A stretch of 63,712 nucleotides of DNA, filler included, from Octopus bimaculoides (GCF_001194135.2; 5 parts of 4 records of this genome joined end to end with filler, not necessarily neighbours in it), one strand, 5' to 3'. Numbered from the whole stretch's first letter, positions 38,666-52,694 are shown. Numbers and translations are program-made. Notes: generated from the letters alone by a model not told the origin.

Positions 38666-41025
38666 AATATTATTTTATGCAGACGTGGCTGCATAGTTAA
38701 AAAAATTAACTTTACAACCATGAAGTCCATGGTTCAATCTCTCCCCATGTTGAATTAAGTATCTTTTACCATTGCTTCCGGTTCACCTGAGCTATGTGAA
38801 TAAAACTAAGTAGATGGAAACTGTGGATCCCTTCTTATGGAAAGCATAAGAAATTTAATGGTTCACCTTTGTCATATTTATTCTGCTTGACGATTCCATT
38901 AATGGTTCAAGCGCCTGTCTGTAGAATACTCAACCGTTTCTGATTTAGATGTAAAGTCAGGAATTTTGAAGGGTGGGATACGTGAGCTGCAGCAATTTCA
39001 GTACTTGATTGGTACTGTATTTTCTCCTCCCTGAGATGATGAACAGCAAATTATGACCTCGCTCGAAGGGATTTTAATTCAGAAGGTAAACAGCCGGAAC
39101 CCATTACTCAAAGCAATTTTCCCTATGCTTTCACTATTATAGCAGCTCATTTTTAGTAAGTTCACAATCAGACCTGAAGATGACCATAGCGTAGACTTAG
39201 GTCTTCTTTCGGGCAATCATGCTCGTGCTCATTCGCTGAATCGATCTTTAGTGTTACTATCTAATTGCCGAGAGTTGGTTCTGATCGGTTAGAACTATAT
39301 TACATATATTCAAGACATTATCATCCTGTTTTATTTTTAACAATAGTGTTTACCTTTCTAAACGCAAAGAAGCATTAGGCATAAAGACCCGTGTGGGTGA
39401 TTTGAAGTTGGTTCAGGAACAGATTGTGTGCAACATGAACTTCATTTAAGCAAAAACCTAGGTTATTTGTTGAAGTTTATATGGAATCGGAACACAAATT
39501 ACTTCACATTCTGTACTCTAGGTTTCCCTAAATAGCACGCAGAAAAGTTTTCAGTCAGCTGTTAAAAGTGAAAAATGTTAAATGTTAGTAAAAGAATTTT
39601 TTGGACAGGAAGAGAACCTATTGTACTTGGCATATTCGACCAACTTATTTTTCCAGTTAAATATATTCAATGCTAATATGTTAAAGGCGGATGAGAATAT
39701 CTTCACAATTACAGACAGCTAAATTAAAAAAAAAAAATTAATTAAAAAGACAAAATCACTTTTACTTTGGTTCGGAGAATAGATGAAAAAAAAATCTTGA
39801 AATGTTTATATTTGTAAAAGTTTTGAAACAAACTATGATTGTTTGAGTTTATATAGGTACATCTCGCAACTCTGGTAGATAGTATTCGTCTTTATTTGAG
39901 AACGTTTTCCACAGGAAATTTTGAAAGTATTTGAGAAACTTACCCTATTACGAATTCCGTATATTCAGATCTAACACTAGATGAGGAGGAAGTAATAGGC
40001 TGCATGTCTAATGATCGTAACTTCAAAGTAAAACGCGGAATTTGCTACAGGACTGTGTACAGAAGCAGTGCCCATGCATCTGTTCAAGTGCGTTAGCCAT
40101 TTTTATATGTTTCTCCGCGCTCAGGGATATTTCTAACTCGCATCAAAGGCCAGAAAAGGGAAAGTTCTTTTTAAGTTGACGATGCAATGATTATTTGTCT
40201 CAAAACAAATCTAATATAACGAGATTACCCGAGAAAAAACAAGCTCAGACGGCTCACTGTGTATTTAAGGTACTTAAGGTTAATTCTGCTTTAGTCTCTA
40301 CTTCCAGAAGATCAGTCGTTTTCTTTTGTCTTTCACTTCATGTACAATTAGAGATTGTCTTTCAGTAATGAAATTTGGAATTATTTGTAGCCCAAATGTG
40401 TCCTTATTTAGCTCTTTTATATAATACCAACCAGAATAAGGCGATTTAAATTTTTGTATTTACAAATTTAAAATAATGTTTTACTGCCTGGTGTTCAGAA
40501 TAAAGCACTGATAGGAGTTGAATTTTTTTCTTAGTAATTGCTAAGGGTTTCAATATATTCATTAACAGTAAAAGTATTCTTGCACCATTGAAATATTTAT
40601 TAAGAAGTTCACCCTTCTAAAAAGCAAGCCAGCGACGGAGCTTCTATGTGGTCGTTCAACATGCTAAATATGATTGCAGAATCTCCACCAATGCGGTACT
40701 GACTGTCTTGCATAAAGGAAACAAATTTAAGTAATGCTTAATACAAAATACCTGCGAAATAAAAATAATGCGATGGCCGCAGCAGGTATACTTTTGATCA
40801 CAGATCTGCTTGTCCAGAGCCGATCAAGGGGTTAAATAACTATAACGGCACAGTTTTCAGTAATTTTATTTGAATGTAAGTTAGGTACTTGATAGTGTGA
40901 CAGATAATAAGAACAGGATAAAATATCAAGAGTTATTTAAAGCAAATAAGTCAGCAAGAACAACTGCAGTAACAACATAAGAGAACGATAAACACACGCG
41001 CGCGCGCGCGCACACACACACACAA

Positions 41026-41067
<42 letters not shown>

Positions 41068-42395
41068 GCACGCACACACACATAGACGCACGCACACACA
41101 TATATATAAACAGAAGCAAACGGCAATAATATTACCTAGTAGAGCAAGAACATAAACAAGAGTAGCAAAAACATAAATAATTATTTAAAAAACAGAGAAA
41201 TACAGAAAAAATACAAGGAATATAGACAAAATATACAAAAATACACATGTCAGAGTTAGGAAAGCCAATAATGCACAATGTAACAACTGTAATAACTAAA
41301 CAAATCAATAAAAATGAAATAAAATGTTTCATCGCGGTGACAATATGTAACAAAGAAAAAGCGAAAACAGCAAAAAAAAAAAAAACCCACAAAAATTAAA
41401 TAACCAAAGCACAAAAAAATACTACTACCGGAGCTAGAAATATAGGAATATTTGAGGGTAAAAGAGAGAAAGAGATCGAAATAGAAGAAATACGAGAGTT
41501 GGAGAAGGAGAAATGGAAAGTTTAGTGGATATTGAAAAAGAGCATGAAATATGCTGTAGAAAAATCAATTAAGTTTTATGCACATTTAACTCCGACAGCA
41601 TAAAATTTACCGAGTTCAGCAATCATTTTAAATTAAGTATTTTATGATGTATACGTCTGTACAAATTGCCTTATGACATAGAAAGAGGAGGCTGGTGTGA
41701 GGAGTAGAAGAGCAGAATGGCATAGAAGAGAAAAGAATCCAAGGTAACGCTCGTTTCTGCTGGTAGATGTGCTAGTGAATTTGGAAAACTCGTAAAATCC
41801 ACCTTCTCTATAGCCGAATACATGCATGTAAGCTCATATATGTGTATATATATATATATATATNNNNNNNNNNNNNNNNNNNNNNNNNNNNNNNNNNNNN
41901 NNNNNNNNNNNNNNNNNNNNNNNNNNNNNNNNNNNNNNNNNNNNNNNNNNNNNNNNNNNNNNNNNNNNNNNNNNNNNNNNNNNNNNNNNNNNNNNNNNNN
42001 NNNNNNNNNNNNNNNNNNNNNNNNNNNNNNNNNNNNNNNNNNNNNNNNNNNNNNNNNNNNNNNNNNNNNNNNNNNNNNNNNNNNNNNNNNNNNNNNNNNN
42101 NNNNNNNNNNNNNNNNNNNNNNNNNNNNNNNNNNNNNNNNNNNNNNNNNNNNNNNNNNNNNNNNNNNNNNNNNNNNNNNNNNNNNNNNNNNNNNNNNNNN
42201 NNNNNNNNNNNNNNNNNNNNNNNNNNNNNNNNNNNNNNNNNNNNNNNNNNNNNNNNNNNNNNNNNNNNNNNNNNNNNNNNNNNNNNNNNNNNNNNNNNNN
42301 NNNNNNNNNNNNNNNNNNNNNNNNNNNNNNNNNNNNNNNNNNNNNNNNNNNNNNNNNNNNNNNNNNNNNNNNNNNNNNNNNNNNNNNNNNNNNNN

Positions 42396-42468
<73 letters not shown>

Positions 42469-43404
42469 TAATGAAAGTAAGAGAACGTGTGAGTGAGAGA
42501 GTTTTATCGTCGATAAATACTCAGAGTCAGCTACTTTCACTCTCACTTTCTTCATCACATCTCGATTTCTATAAATTTCTACTCGCTCTCTCATCGACTC
42601 CCATCTCTCTATCGCTAACTTACTCTTTTAAACTACATATTTCCTATATTTCTCATTATATACATATATATATAATTACGCATCTGTATCTCTCTGTCCC
42701 TACCCCCTATTCTCTCTCATCTCCTTCCTTTCTGATTCACTCCATATTTTCTCCTATTTATCCCCTCTAATTGACAACTGTGCACTGTTGTGGAAAACTG
42801 GAATATTAACTTTTATAACTTTACCATTTACTAACGTAAATGCAACATTATGTCTTCGCTAACTACCAGGTTCACTTTCTCTATGCGTCTATTTGTGTGT
42901 GCGTATACTTATCCATGTACGTATATAGATGTATATTCATTCGTCACAGTGTATGTGTACGTATATATGCATTTATTTAACGGCCCTCGCTGACTTTCTC
43001 TTGGAACATTCATGGTTTGAGACACTATAGTACATAAACTAACCTGATACTCCAAAAGTAAAATGTTATCCTGCTATATGTACAGGTTAGATGTCGCCAA
43101 AATTAAAGGCTTCCCTACCATCTACTAAACTGAGCTCAATGACTGTTTTAATGAAAATACATACATATATATATATATATCCATATTTTAGGGATTTATT
43201 ATCCATAAAATATAATTGTAACTTTGCCATTGGTCTCTTTATATTTTTCTTTCTTTATACATACACACGCTAATACACGACCCATGTCATATTCCCCACT
43301 AATGTTGATACAATGACAGGGTCATAACTAGTCGGTATACAGCACTTACTCGGTATTACCTGTATCTTTAGGGTTTGGTTGACTCCAATACCTTTCATAG
43401 CCTT

Positions 43405-43440
<36 letters not shown>

Positions 43441-43540
43441 NNNNNNNNNNNNNNNNNNNNNNNNNNNNNNNNNNNNNNNNNNNNTTAATTAATTAANNNN
43501 NNNNNNNNNNNNNNNNNNNNNNNNNNNNNNNNNNNNNNNN

Positions 43541-43744
43541 AGGACGATTTAGATGTGATTTAATTCGGATTTGTGCCAGATCAGGGTATTACCGACTATC
43601 TCTTAAATTTAGGACAATTTAGAGGTGATTTAATTCGGATTTGTGCCAGATCAGGGTATTACCGACTATCTCTTAAATTTAGGACAATTTAGAGGTGATT
43701 TAATTCGGATTTGTGCCAGATCAGGGTATTACCGACTATCTCTT
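43541..43744. repeat. 70-bp tandem repeat x~2.9 at a contig edge
   Basis: TAATTCGGAT at 43561, 43631 and 43701; the unit contains the start of the adjacent RTE RT fragment. Confidence 0.9.
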
Positions 43745-44190
43745 CATAGTGAGACAACTGCATGCGAAGTCTTTATCTAAGGGTAAGCTTCTATAACTAG
43801 CATTTGGTGATCTAGAGGTTTGTGATAAGGTACCACAATCTGCAGTCTGTTAGTCTCTAAGAAAATTAGATGAATGCCTTTCTACTCTATGCACAAGGCC
43901 CGACAGTTAGATGGATACTTGTGAGAACGGTGTAAGCCATGTATAGCGATGCAGTCAGCAGGGGGAGAGTTCGCAATGAGTTTAGGGGTAATTTGACGTG
44001 CAGTGTCCAGCAAGGTTCGGTTCTTACTTCCCTTTTATTTATTATAGCCTTCCTGACCATTTCAGAGGACTTTAAGACGGGTTACCCATGGGAGATCCCG
44101 TACGCCGATATCCTGGAACACCTAGCAGACACTGTGATAAATTTGAAGAAATTCAAGACGTTGAAACAAGCCTTGAAGCAGGAAGCCTTA
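43700..44190 (+). mobile_element. RTE-clade LINE RT fragment
   Basis: FGFVPDQGITDY..LAFGDLE..MYSDAVS..VQQGSVLTSLLFII..ISEDFKTGYPWEIPYADIL match RTE RT motifs (QGSVLSPLLF, ELLYADDL). Confidence 0.85.
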
Positions 44191-44225
44191 GAGTAAATTT
44201 AGCAAAGACTAAACTTTGAATAAAA

Positions 44226-44500
44226 TAACCTTGGTGGAATTTGAACTCAGAACGTAAAGAGCCGGAAAAATTGCCACTAAGCATTTTGTCTGACTTGCTA
44301 ACGATTCTATCAGCTGACCTCCTTCATAATCCTTTCTATTATAGGCACAAGCCCCAAAGTAGTCAATTACATCTACTCAGTACTCAACTGGTACTTATTT
44401 TATCGGCTCCTGAATGGATGGAAGTGGCGAAATTTGAACTTAGAACGTAAATACAGACGAAATGCCGCTATTTTGTCCGGTGTGCTAATGATTGTGCTAA
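44226..44500 (-). mobile_element. Two partial SINE family B copies
   Basis: GAATTTGAACTCAGAACGTAAA occurs twice; CTGGTACTTATTTTATCGG. Confidence 0.7.
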
Positions 44501-44611
44501 GCTAGTCACCCCGAATCACATTAATAATAAGCTCATTTATCTTCTTTTGTTTTAGGTCACAGTAAATGGTTTGGCAAGCAATTGTACAAAATGACCAACG
44601 AAAGGAATGAG

Positions 44612-45640
44612 AATAATAATAACAATCTTTTCTTTATTAGCCACAAGGGCTCAAAGAGATACAATAAAATGCAATGCATGCTAATGGACATGGCATTTAC
44701 AAGACAAGTAGGGTTAGTTAACAAATTTACACAAACGCAGGAAAAAGAGTGAGAACTTTATACAATAAACGGATTTTAAAAATTAATAAAACATGAAAGA
44801 TATAAAATACATATAAATACAATAACTAAAACAATATAATTTAAGTATGAAAGAACACGAAAAACATTTAGGGTTACACATCCATACACATTTGTAAAGC
44901 CACTGGCCGGGCTTAGATAGAGCACCCACACAACTCTTCCTTTCCACTATTCCTTAACGACTTCTAGTGCACCCAAAAGGTACCTGTTGACATTTTTGTG
45001 ATAGAACAGGTTAGAAATATGCCAATGTGTTCAGGAACCTGAAACCTGCTGGGTTTTATTGTTCGGGTTTTCGAGCCTTTCTAGCTCTTTAAGGCAAAGG
45101 ACTCTCAAGTGGCTTTTACTGCAACATGTACAACAACTAGACCTTATGCTCTACATTATCAGTCTCAAGTTATTCGTTGCGGTATCTTCGACTGAGTACA
45201 ACCTTGTGGCTTTCAGAAGTCATTAGGACGTGCAAATCTATTGTGGCCCCACCCTAACCACATGTCCATACTGTGACACAAAAGTGACAATGACAGTAAG
45301 TCGTGGGTCAACATTGTCAATGGCTTTAACTGTCACCTTTGTATTTCTTTGTCCCAAATACTGGGGCACAAGTGTATGCGGCAGTGTTTAACTATTCCAG
45401 CCTGTGTTTTGGCTGCCTTCACTCCAGTAGATGCAGCAAACGATTCCATAAGCTTCATGATGCTAAAGAGAATTTCTACTGATGTATTATGGAGAACTTC
45501 TTCCAGCTGTTGGAGAGAGGATGGAAATCTTCGCCAACCTTCTTAATGCACAGATTGACTATTCCTTTCTCTTTTGGATTAGATCCTGGAACAAAGACAC
45601 CGTCTGGTTTTGCACAAGTTGAGTCTTATATCTAGAAATT
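44612..45640 (-). mobile_element. L1/Tx1-like LINE 3' relic
   Basis: The 3' end GAGCCCTTGTGGCTAATAAAGAAA is shared with the Tx1-like end at 59865-59890; decayed Cys-containing C-terminal peptides lie upstream. The 5' boundary is uncertain. Confidence 0.55.
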
Positions 45641-45699
45641 TTGTCACATTTAAAACAAATCCGTGTAACAAAAGGTAAAACTAGCTTCTCTAGGACTAC

Positions 45700-46859
45700 T
45701 ATGAGGTACGTTCAAAAAGTATCCGATCGTATTTTTTACCGCCAAAACAAATGCTGCGTGGGCAAAATCCTTTGGGTGGAAGGTAACACCACTCTTCCTG
45801 CGCATGCATAAAATTTTTCGTGCCGGTAGGCTGTAGTGTGTGCTTGCTGGATTTTTGTTTCCACATAATGACTGAACACACCGAAGAGAGATATTGCATC
45901 AAGTATTGCCAAAACTTTGGTGATACTCAAACTCAAACCATCCAGAAGATTCAGCAGGTTTTTGGCGATGATGCAATGGTCAAAACTCAGTTCAAGGAAT
46001 GGTGCAACCACTTCAAACACAGCCTCACCGCAGTGAAGAGCGATGAACGCGCTGGTAGGCCATCCACAAGCCAAAACAAGGAGTCGATTGAGAAGGTTCG
46101 GCGAATAGTCTTGGAGACTGTCGTGTAACAATCCAGGAAATTGCTCATGAAGTGGGAATAAGCACAGGATTAGTGTACTTCATTTTAACAGACGATTCGT
46201 GCATGCAGAAAGTGCTGGCGAAATTCATTCCTTCGTCTCCAAGGTGCTGGTGGAACAGAAAAAACTCCACATGGAAATCGCTCAGGATATGTTACACAGC
46301 AAACTGCAATCCAACTTCATGAAAACCATCATCACTGGTGATGAGACATGGGTTTATGGCTATGACCCAGAAACCAAGTTCCAGTCCTCACAATGGAAGC
46401 ATCTGTCCCCACCAAGGTCAAAATATGCATGACAGGTTTGCAGCAATGTAAAGATAATGTTGACCTGTTTCTTTGACTCATAAGGTTAGACAATCAATAA
46501 GAAACACTACCAGGAGGTTATATGTCGTCTGCATAATGCTGTGTGTTGAACGTGGCCTGACAGGTGGGTGGCGAAGAATTGGCAACTTCACGACGACAAT
46601 GTACCCGCTCATTCTGCCCACATAATCCAAGCTTTCCAGGTCAAGTACAACAATACTTGTGGCTCTTCCCCAAAATGAAAACCATACTGAAAGGGAAGCG
46701 ATTTGAGTCATGTAAGGAAATTATGAGAAAAGCAACGGCAGAGCTCTATATCATTCCAGAGGTGTTACCAGCTGTGGCAGAACTGCCAGGAGAAGTGTGT
46801 GAACTACTAAGGAAAGTATTTTGAAGGTGATTAAATAAAAGTTTTGAATGCACCTCTTA
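45700..46859 (+). mobile_element. Mariner (Tc1/mariner) transposon, defective
   Basis: TIRs match at 16/21 positions with TA ends. Transposase starts at ATG 45868 (MTEHTEERYCIKYC..GRPST; ITGDETWVYGYDPETK; LHDDNVPAH; LFPKMKTILKGKRF), with stops, frameshifts and loss of the YSPDLAP region. Confidence 0.92.
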
Positions 46860-47650
46860 TTCTTCTTGATTAATACATATGCCTTGGTGCAAGTGTTGTT
46901 ATAACTATCATTTAAAATAATTTCTTTTTCCATTAAATGTTCATTATTTCTTTCTGTCTGTTCCAAACATTCATTCTGTAGTATAATTTGTTTATGTCCT
47001 GTCTTTCTGTCTTTGTATGAGAGTGTATTATTTCTGTGTTTTTTTTATGGGGAGCAAATTGTTTTTTTGTTTCGTAGATATTTTGTGATAATGTTTATCT
47101 AAATATAAAAGCAAAATGTAAAGTCTGTAAAGACAAACCATATTAATGTCTTCTCCCATCCAAAGTGTGGCCAGACATCCACCAGTTAACAAATCCATTT
47201 TAGCAAGTACTTCAAAACTATTTTTATTTGATAATGCTTAGTAATAACTCCAGGTCAGAGATAGAAAAACATGTCTACATGCAGTAACAGTCAATATTCA
47301 CAATAGTAATAATGGTTTCAAATATTACCACAATGTCTGCAATTTTGAGGGGAAGATGTTTGAGGATTTGAACAACCCCAGCACTACATTTTATTCACCG
47401 CTAAGGGATAAAAGGTGACCATGGCACAATTTGAATTCAGAATGTAAACAACCAGAACAAATACCACAAAACGTATCATTCCAACACCATTATGATTTTA
47501 CCAGCTTGCTGCTTTTTATTTTTTTCATTAATAATGGTTTCTGATTAAGACACAAGACTAGCATTTCTAAGGGTGGAATGAAAGGCAAAGTTGACCATGA
47601 CAAGGATTTGAAATCAAAATGTAATCAGTTGGGAGAAACATCACTGAGCA

Positions 47651-48026
47651 TTTTACATTATTTACATTTAACAGATATGTCCTCACCTTCTTTGTTGTTA
47701 ACACGTTTCGGCTGATAAACCCTCTTGGGGAAATTTCGAACCTGGGTTCTACGCCATATGCCCATTGGCATATGGTGTAGTGGTTAAGAGTGCGGGCTAC
47801 TAACCCCAAGATTCCGAGTTCGATTCCAGGCAGTGACCTGAACAATAACAATATAAAAAAAATACCTTAGGAAAGGTACCTAGGTTCGAAATTTTCCCAA
47901 GACACCTGATGAAGGCTGGAGGGTATATCAGCTGAAACGTTGTGTTAACAACAAACAAGATAAGGACAAACAACCATTGAATGTAAATAATGTACATAAT
48001 TCCTCATCTCTTAAATATAGAACTGT
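47651..48026 (+). mobile_element. Complete composite tRNA-head/hammerhead element with 5' inverted partial copy
   Basis: Inverted module 47651-47766, head 47767-47842, short AAY/A spacer, module 47860-48026. Confidence 0.85.
47901..47946 (+). ncRNA. Minimal type I hammerhead ribozyme (family 1), intact core
   Basis: Stem I GACAC/GTGTT; CTGATGA 47906-47912; extra A; stem II GGCTG/CAGCT; GAAA 47934-47937; palindromic ACGT stem III; predicted cleavage triplet GUU. Confidence 0.75.
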
Positions 48027-48099
48027 ATTAACTAAGCATTTTATCTGGTGTTGTAATGATTTTGCCAGCTCACCACCTTAATAATAATGATGATGATAG

Positions 48100-50790
48100 T
48101 CAAGAAAATCTTACACCAACATGTCCTAGGGAGTTGTAGTCAACAAAGATTTTCCTAGAATGTTCTCTTAATGTATGGTTCAATAGAAACTGACATACAC
48201 TAAGAGAATTCGTCGACAACAACACACTAACAAAATTTGGAGGTAAGAAAAACATGAAATCCTAGGTTAATCCACTTAACTGCAGAAGGGATGGGCTTGC
48301 TGGTTTAGTTGCAGTATTTTTGACTAAATTCCTTAATCAACTGTTAGCAAATGCAAATGAGGCCACTATCCTTTCCCAGTTGACCAACCACTCCTACCTC
48401 TGCCTTTTCACTAGGGACATCATGCTCATTGTGTTTCATCTATACATTGCTACAGAAACCACACAAATAACAAAGATTAGGGATCCCTCTACTCCAATAT
48501 ACACAACTTAAGAGACTTCCTCACTCTTGGCCAAGACTCTCTTTCACACAGCTTCAAACAGATATCTCTATATTGGGGCTCACTGAATTGGTTGCTTTCT
48601 GTCCAGTGTTCACTGAAAATGACCACTTGTTCTAGGATATTCCTCCATCCCATCATAACAGAATAGGTGATGGGAACTTCACCTGCCACCAGAGCCTATC
48701 TCAGCAAGATTATAAAGGAATAAAGAGATATACTGGCAAAACTTGGGAAACAAGTCTCCAACCTGAGACCAGTTTCAAGTGCCAGGATGCTCCTCCTAGC
48801 AGATGGCATGGGTTCACTCCACTGGACATAATGGGGCTAAAGAAGGTGGGCTACTACATTAATGTCTTGCTGAAAGTTGAGTCCTTATCAGGTTGACATA
48901 GTCAACTCCTTTTATCCTTCACTATCCTAAAACCATTCTTGTTCTGTGATAAGGGGCAATCTTTTGGGATTACTACAGGCTTGGCCAATGTTGATGCCAA
49001 CATCAATCCATTTGAAATGATAGGCAAGGAAGGACTAAAACATTGCTGACATATCTGACAAAGTTATAGCTGACAAGGATCTTTAAGGAATCTTCTACTG
49101 GTGCTTGATCCAGAACAGACAAATAAACACTGAAAAAGTTCATCTGCAACAATAAATCAATAAAATATTGTATAAAATCAATGAAAGGTTCAAGTCTGGT
49201 CCATTTAACTGTCAGGGGATGATGGGTTTGAAAGGACCACCTTCACTGTGTCCCAAGAAGACTATGAGGAAAAACAAAACATATACAGTGGGGAAAACTG
49301 GAGGAAACTGATCTTGAAGCTGGAATCCAACTTAGGAACATCCTCTCCAAGTCAGTGTCAAAGATCCCCAAACCCTTCTCAATGCAACAACAGATCTAAA
49401 GTCACTCTGGAATGTGCTGCCTTAATTAATAAAGAATCCATTGGTACAGAAAATGACAATATATTTCTGAGCAAAACAAATACCTTGACTCCAATTCCAA
49501 AATGATTTTATCAAGAAGTTTGTAAGAATACAAGTCAAAGCTGCACAAACTACAATGGAAGGAGGTTGGTTAATAACAAAGGAATTGCCATGAAAAAGAT
49601 TGCTTAATACATCAACCATAACATCTGAATAAACAATTTTGGTTGGCCATAGTAGAAGTAGTAACCTAGGTTTTGTAAAAGACAAACAAATTGGAAAGTA
49701 GTAGGACTTAAAGATTTCTAACTTCTGGTTAAAATATTTAACAGAGACCCCTTAAGGTGCTAGCAGAGAATGGTTAATGAGCTATTGATGGAGTTAGAGA
49801 CAACTGACTGAGAGGAAAACCATTTTAATCCCCCAACATTAAAGAAAAAATAAACCTTAAAAACTATGGACCTTTAACTGGCTTTCAAACAACCTTAACT
49901 GTAATATTACAGAAGGTGAATTTACACACGGGAAAAAAAAAATCTTCTTTCAAGAAGAGCAGAGGGAATGTAGAAGCTATAATTGAGGACTGCTGATGGA
50001 AAAAAGTCTGATCATGGCATACATTGACAACTAGGAAGTTTTTGACAGTATTCCCTAAATATAGATCCTGGAAATACCAACCATGAGTAAGGTAGCACAA
50101 GTAATGAGAAGACACATGATGTTATGGGTAAATACCAAACAATTTGGCAGATATAGGTAAAAGAGGGAATTATTTTTAAAACAAAAACTATATCCATTAG
50201 ATGAATTTTCCATCATTTCTCCTCGTCTCCACAGCTTTTCTCTCAGGTACTGACACCTTTGACCAAACATTTTAACAGGATTGGACTTAAATATGTTATA
50301 AGACAATCAGTCATTATTATGTATATATGCATGATATATCCCATCCATTAATTCTTGTCCAGAAATATTTTACAGTGTTGTAAAATATGGGGAATCAGAG
50401 CTGAGTCTAACTGTAGTACAGGATCAAAGCCCCTAATCAGAAACTACCAAAAGCACACAATGAAGCAGAATACAGTAAATATAGACAGGATATGTAGAGA
50501 TGGGGAAGAAACAATTAACATCATTAACTGTGGTTGCTCAGCCTTAGCCAAGAAAGAATACATCCACAGAACCCAGACATGACATAGTTGGGACTTACAC
50601 TGGAAGTTAAGCTGGCACTATGAAAGAGATTGAAGAGACTTACACTAGAAAATGTCTCAGAAACAAGGCAATCATATTTTCGGATATACCAATATAGAGA
50701 GGGAGATCAAAGATAACTGACCAGATATCATTGTCAAGGATCATCAAAAAAGAAAAAACTTCTGATAGACATATCAAATAAAAAGATCAG
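48100..50790 (+). mobile_element. Degenerate R4/Dong-like LINE
   Basis: EEQRECR..IMAYIDN..VFDSIP (RT), TISH..Y.HD (YMDD region) and DRICRDGEETINIINCGCSALAKKEYIHR (CCHC). The 5' boundary is uncertain. Confidence 0.7.
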
Positions 50791-51019
50791 AAAATAAAGA
50801 TAGCTTGCATGTTCGGCCCAGAAGCAGAATTTTCTATAGCAGGTATATTCCATAATTCAAACCCCAGACTAGTTTTTCAAATTAGAAAAATTTTCATAAT
50901 CAAAAACTGGCTCATTCAAATTGTATGCTGATGTCATAAAGAAAACTAACCAATGAAGGCAGTGACAGGTAACCAGACCCTTAGAGATATACTGTACTAG
51001 TGTTAACCTGTCAAGCCAA

Positions 51020-51226
51020 GTGAGACTATAGTTGTGGCTGGTGCCAGTGGCACGTAAAAAACACTCACTACACTCTCAGAGTGGCTGGTGTTAGGAAGGG
51101 CATCCAGCCATAGAAACCTTGCCAAATCAGATTGGAACCTGGTGCAGCCCCTCCAGCTTACCAGTTTTTAGTCAAACTGTCCAACCCATGCCAGCATGGA
51201 AAGCAGACGTTAAATGCCGATGATGA
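51020..51226 (+). mobile_element. Family C (RTE-tail-like short element), CpG-decayed
   Basis: TTAGGAAGGGCATCCAGC..CCAAATCAGATTGGA..GTCCAACCCATGCCAGCATGGAAAGCAGACGTTAAA..GATGAT. Confidence 0.85.
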
Positions 51227-51854
51227 CAAACAGCTACACATCAAATTCATTGGTTGTCCATCACAAACAGCTGGCATGAAAACTAACAGCATTAATACAG
51301 AAATCTGTTTTATGAGGAACAGCAAGCAGAGTTTGAAAAGTCCTTGATACCCAAGGAAACTAGATGAGACACAGTATCAAAGACATTGATTCCAAATGTA
51401 ACACATTTGTACAAACCTTTAAATAATAATTTTGGTAGACTTGTGGGTATTTGAGTTGGTATTTGTTCTTCTGCTTTATACTTTTAGTTCAAATCTTGCA
51501 GAGTTCAACATGGTTAATAAAATTTCTCATCATTTGTAACTGATATTTAAAAAAATAATTTTACATGTTCTTTTGTTTTTCTTTAAAAAAAAAAAAATTT
51601 TTTTACATTATAATTTCATGCTTGCATGGTCTTTTTGAAATTTGAATATCATCATCACCATACTAGTTGTTGTAACATCTACTATTCCATGTTTGTTTGT
51701 GTCAGACAAGGTTCCCCCGAGACAGAATTTTCTACAGCCAGACAGACACTCATTTGAAACATGCACGTTTGGGAAAGTGGATGTTAAAACAATGATCGTG
51801 ATGTATTCAAAGTGACTATTTCTTATTCATGTTTGGTGGGGGTCTATTATCTTT

Positions 51855-52195
51855 CATTTGTTTTAGTCATTGGACTGTGGCCATGCTGGAGTAGTCTTGA
51901 AGGGTTCATTTGAACAAATAATCTCCACTACATATTTTTCTTTTATTTATTTTTTTTTTTACAGTTTGGTATTTATTCTATTGGTCTCTTTTGCCAAACC
52001 AACACTGGTTGTCAAGTGATGAAAGGCAAACACAAACACATATATAACAGGTTTCCATATAGTTTCTCTCTACCAAATTTATTCACAAAGCATTGGTCAA
52101 TCCAGGGCTGAAGTAAACACTTATCCAAGGTGCTGTGCATCAGAACTGAACCTGAAACTACATGATTGCAAAGTGAGCTTCTTAACCACCCAGTT
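51855..52195 (-). mobile_element. SINE family A, decayed
   Basis: GTCATTGGACTGTGGCCATGCTGG..CAAGGTGCTGTGC..ACTGAACC. Confidence 0.8.
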
Positions 52196-52694
52196 GTATC
52201 TACACTTGTAAATAAACTCCATTTTCCCCCCCTGTTTCAATGCCTCATCATTTTTTAAAAACTTTCTATACATAAATGATGAAGGCATCAATAAAACTAA
52301 CAAGGAGCAAATATGATATTTTAATTCCTCAGGACAAGGCTTAATGAAGCAACTTCATTTGAATATCTGGATTGGGAATGGGGTGGGGGTAGAGTGAGAA
52401 AATTAATACATGAGGGTTGATTTTAGACAACCAAACTATTTCAGTCTTTTAAACCTCAGTTTAACTGTTTTAATATCAACCCGCTGGAGACCTCCTCCTG
52501 GTTCTATAAGTAATTTAAATGAAAAACTTCTTTCAAAATTTCATGTTAATTTAAGTTCCAAATACCAGATTAATAACAGCAAAATATTTTACAAAATTCT
52601 TCATTATTTTCAAAATTAATTGAATCAGACAGTGTATTTTGGCAGAAGTATAGTAACAAACGGGTTGAACATGTATTGGCAAAAAATATATTTT

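Noticed and set aside
39970-40087. Possible plus-strand exons (DLTLDEEEVIGCMSND.. here and KEEAGVRSRRAEW.. near 41.7 kb)
   Set aside because: Splice signals are plausible, but no homology was recognised and no consistent gene model emerged; within chance expectation.
43541-43744. 70-bp triple repeat as a CRISPR-like or functional array
   Set aside because: No spacers, eukaryotic context, the unit derives from the RTE fragment, and it sits at a contig edge, so it may be an artefact.
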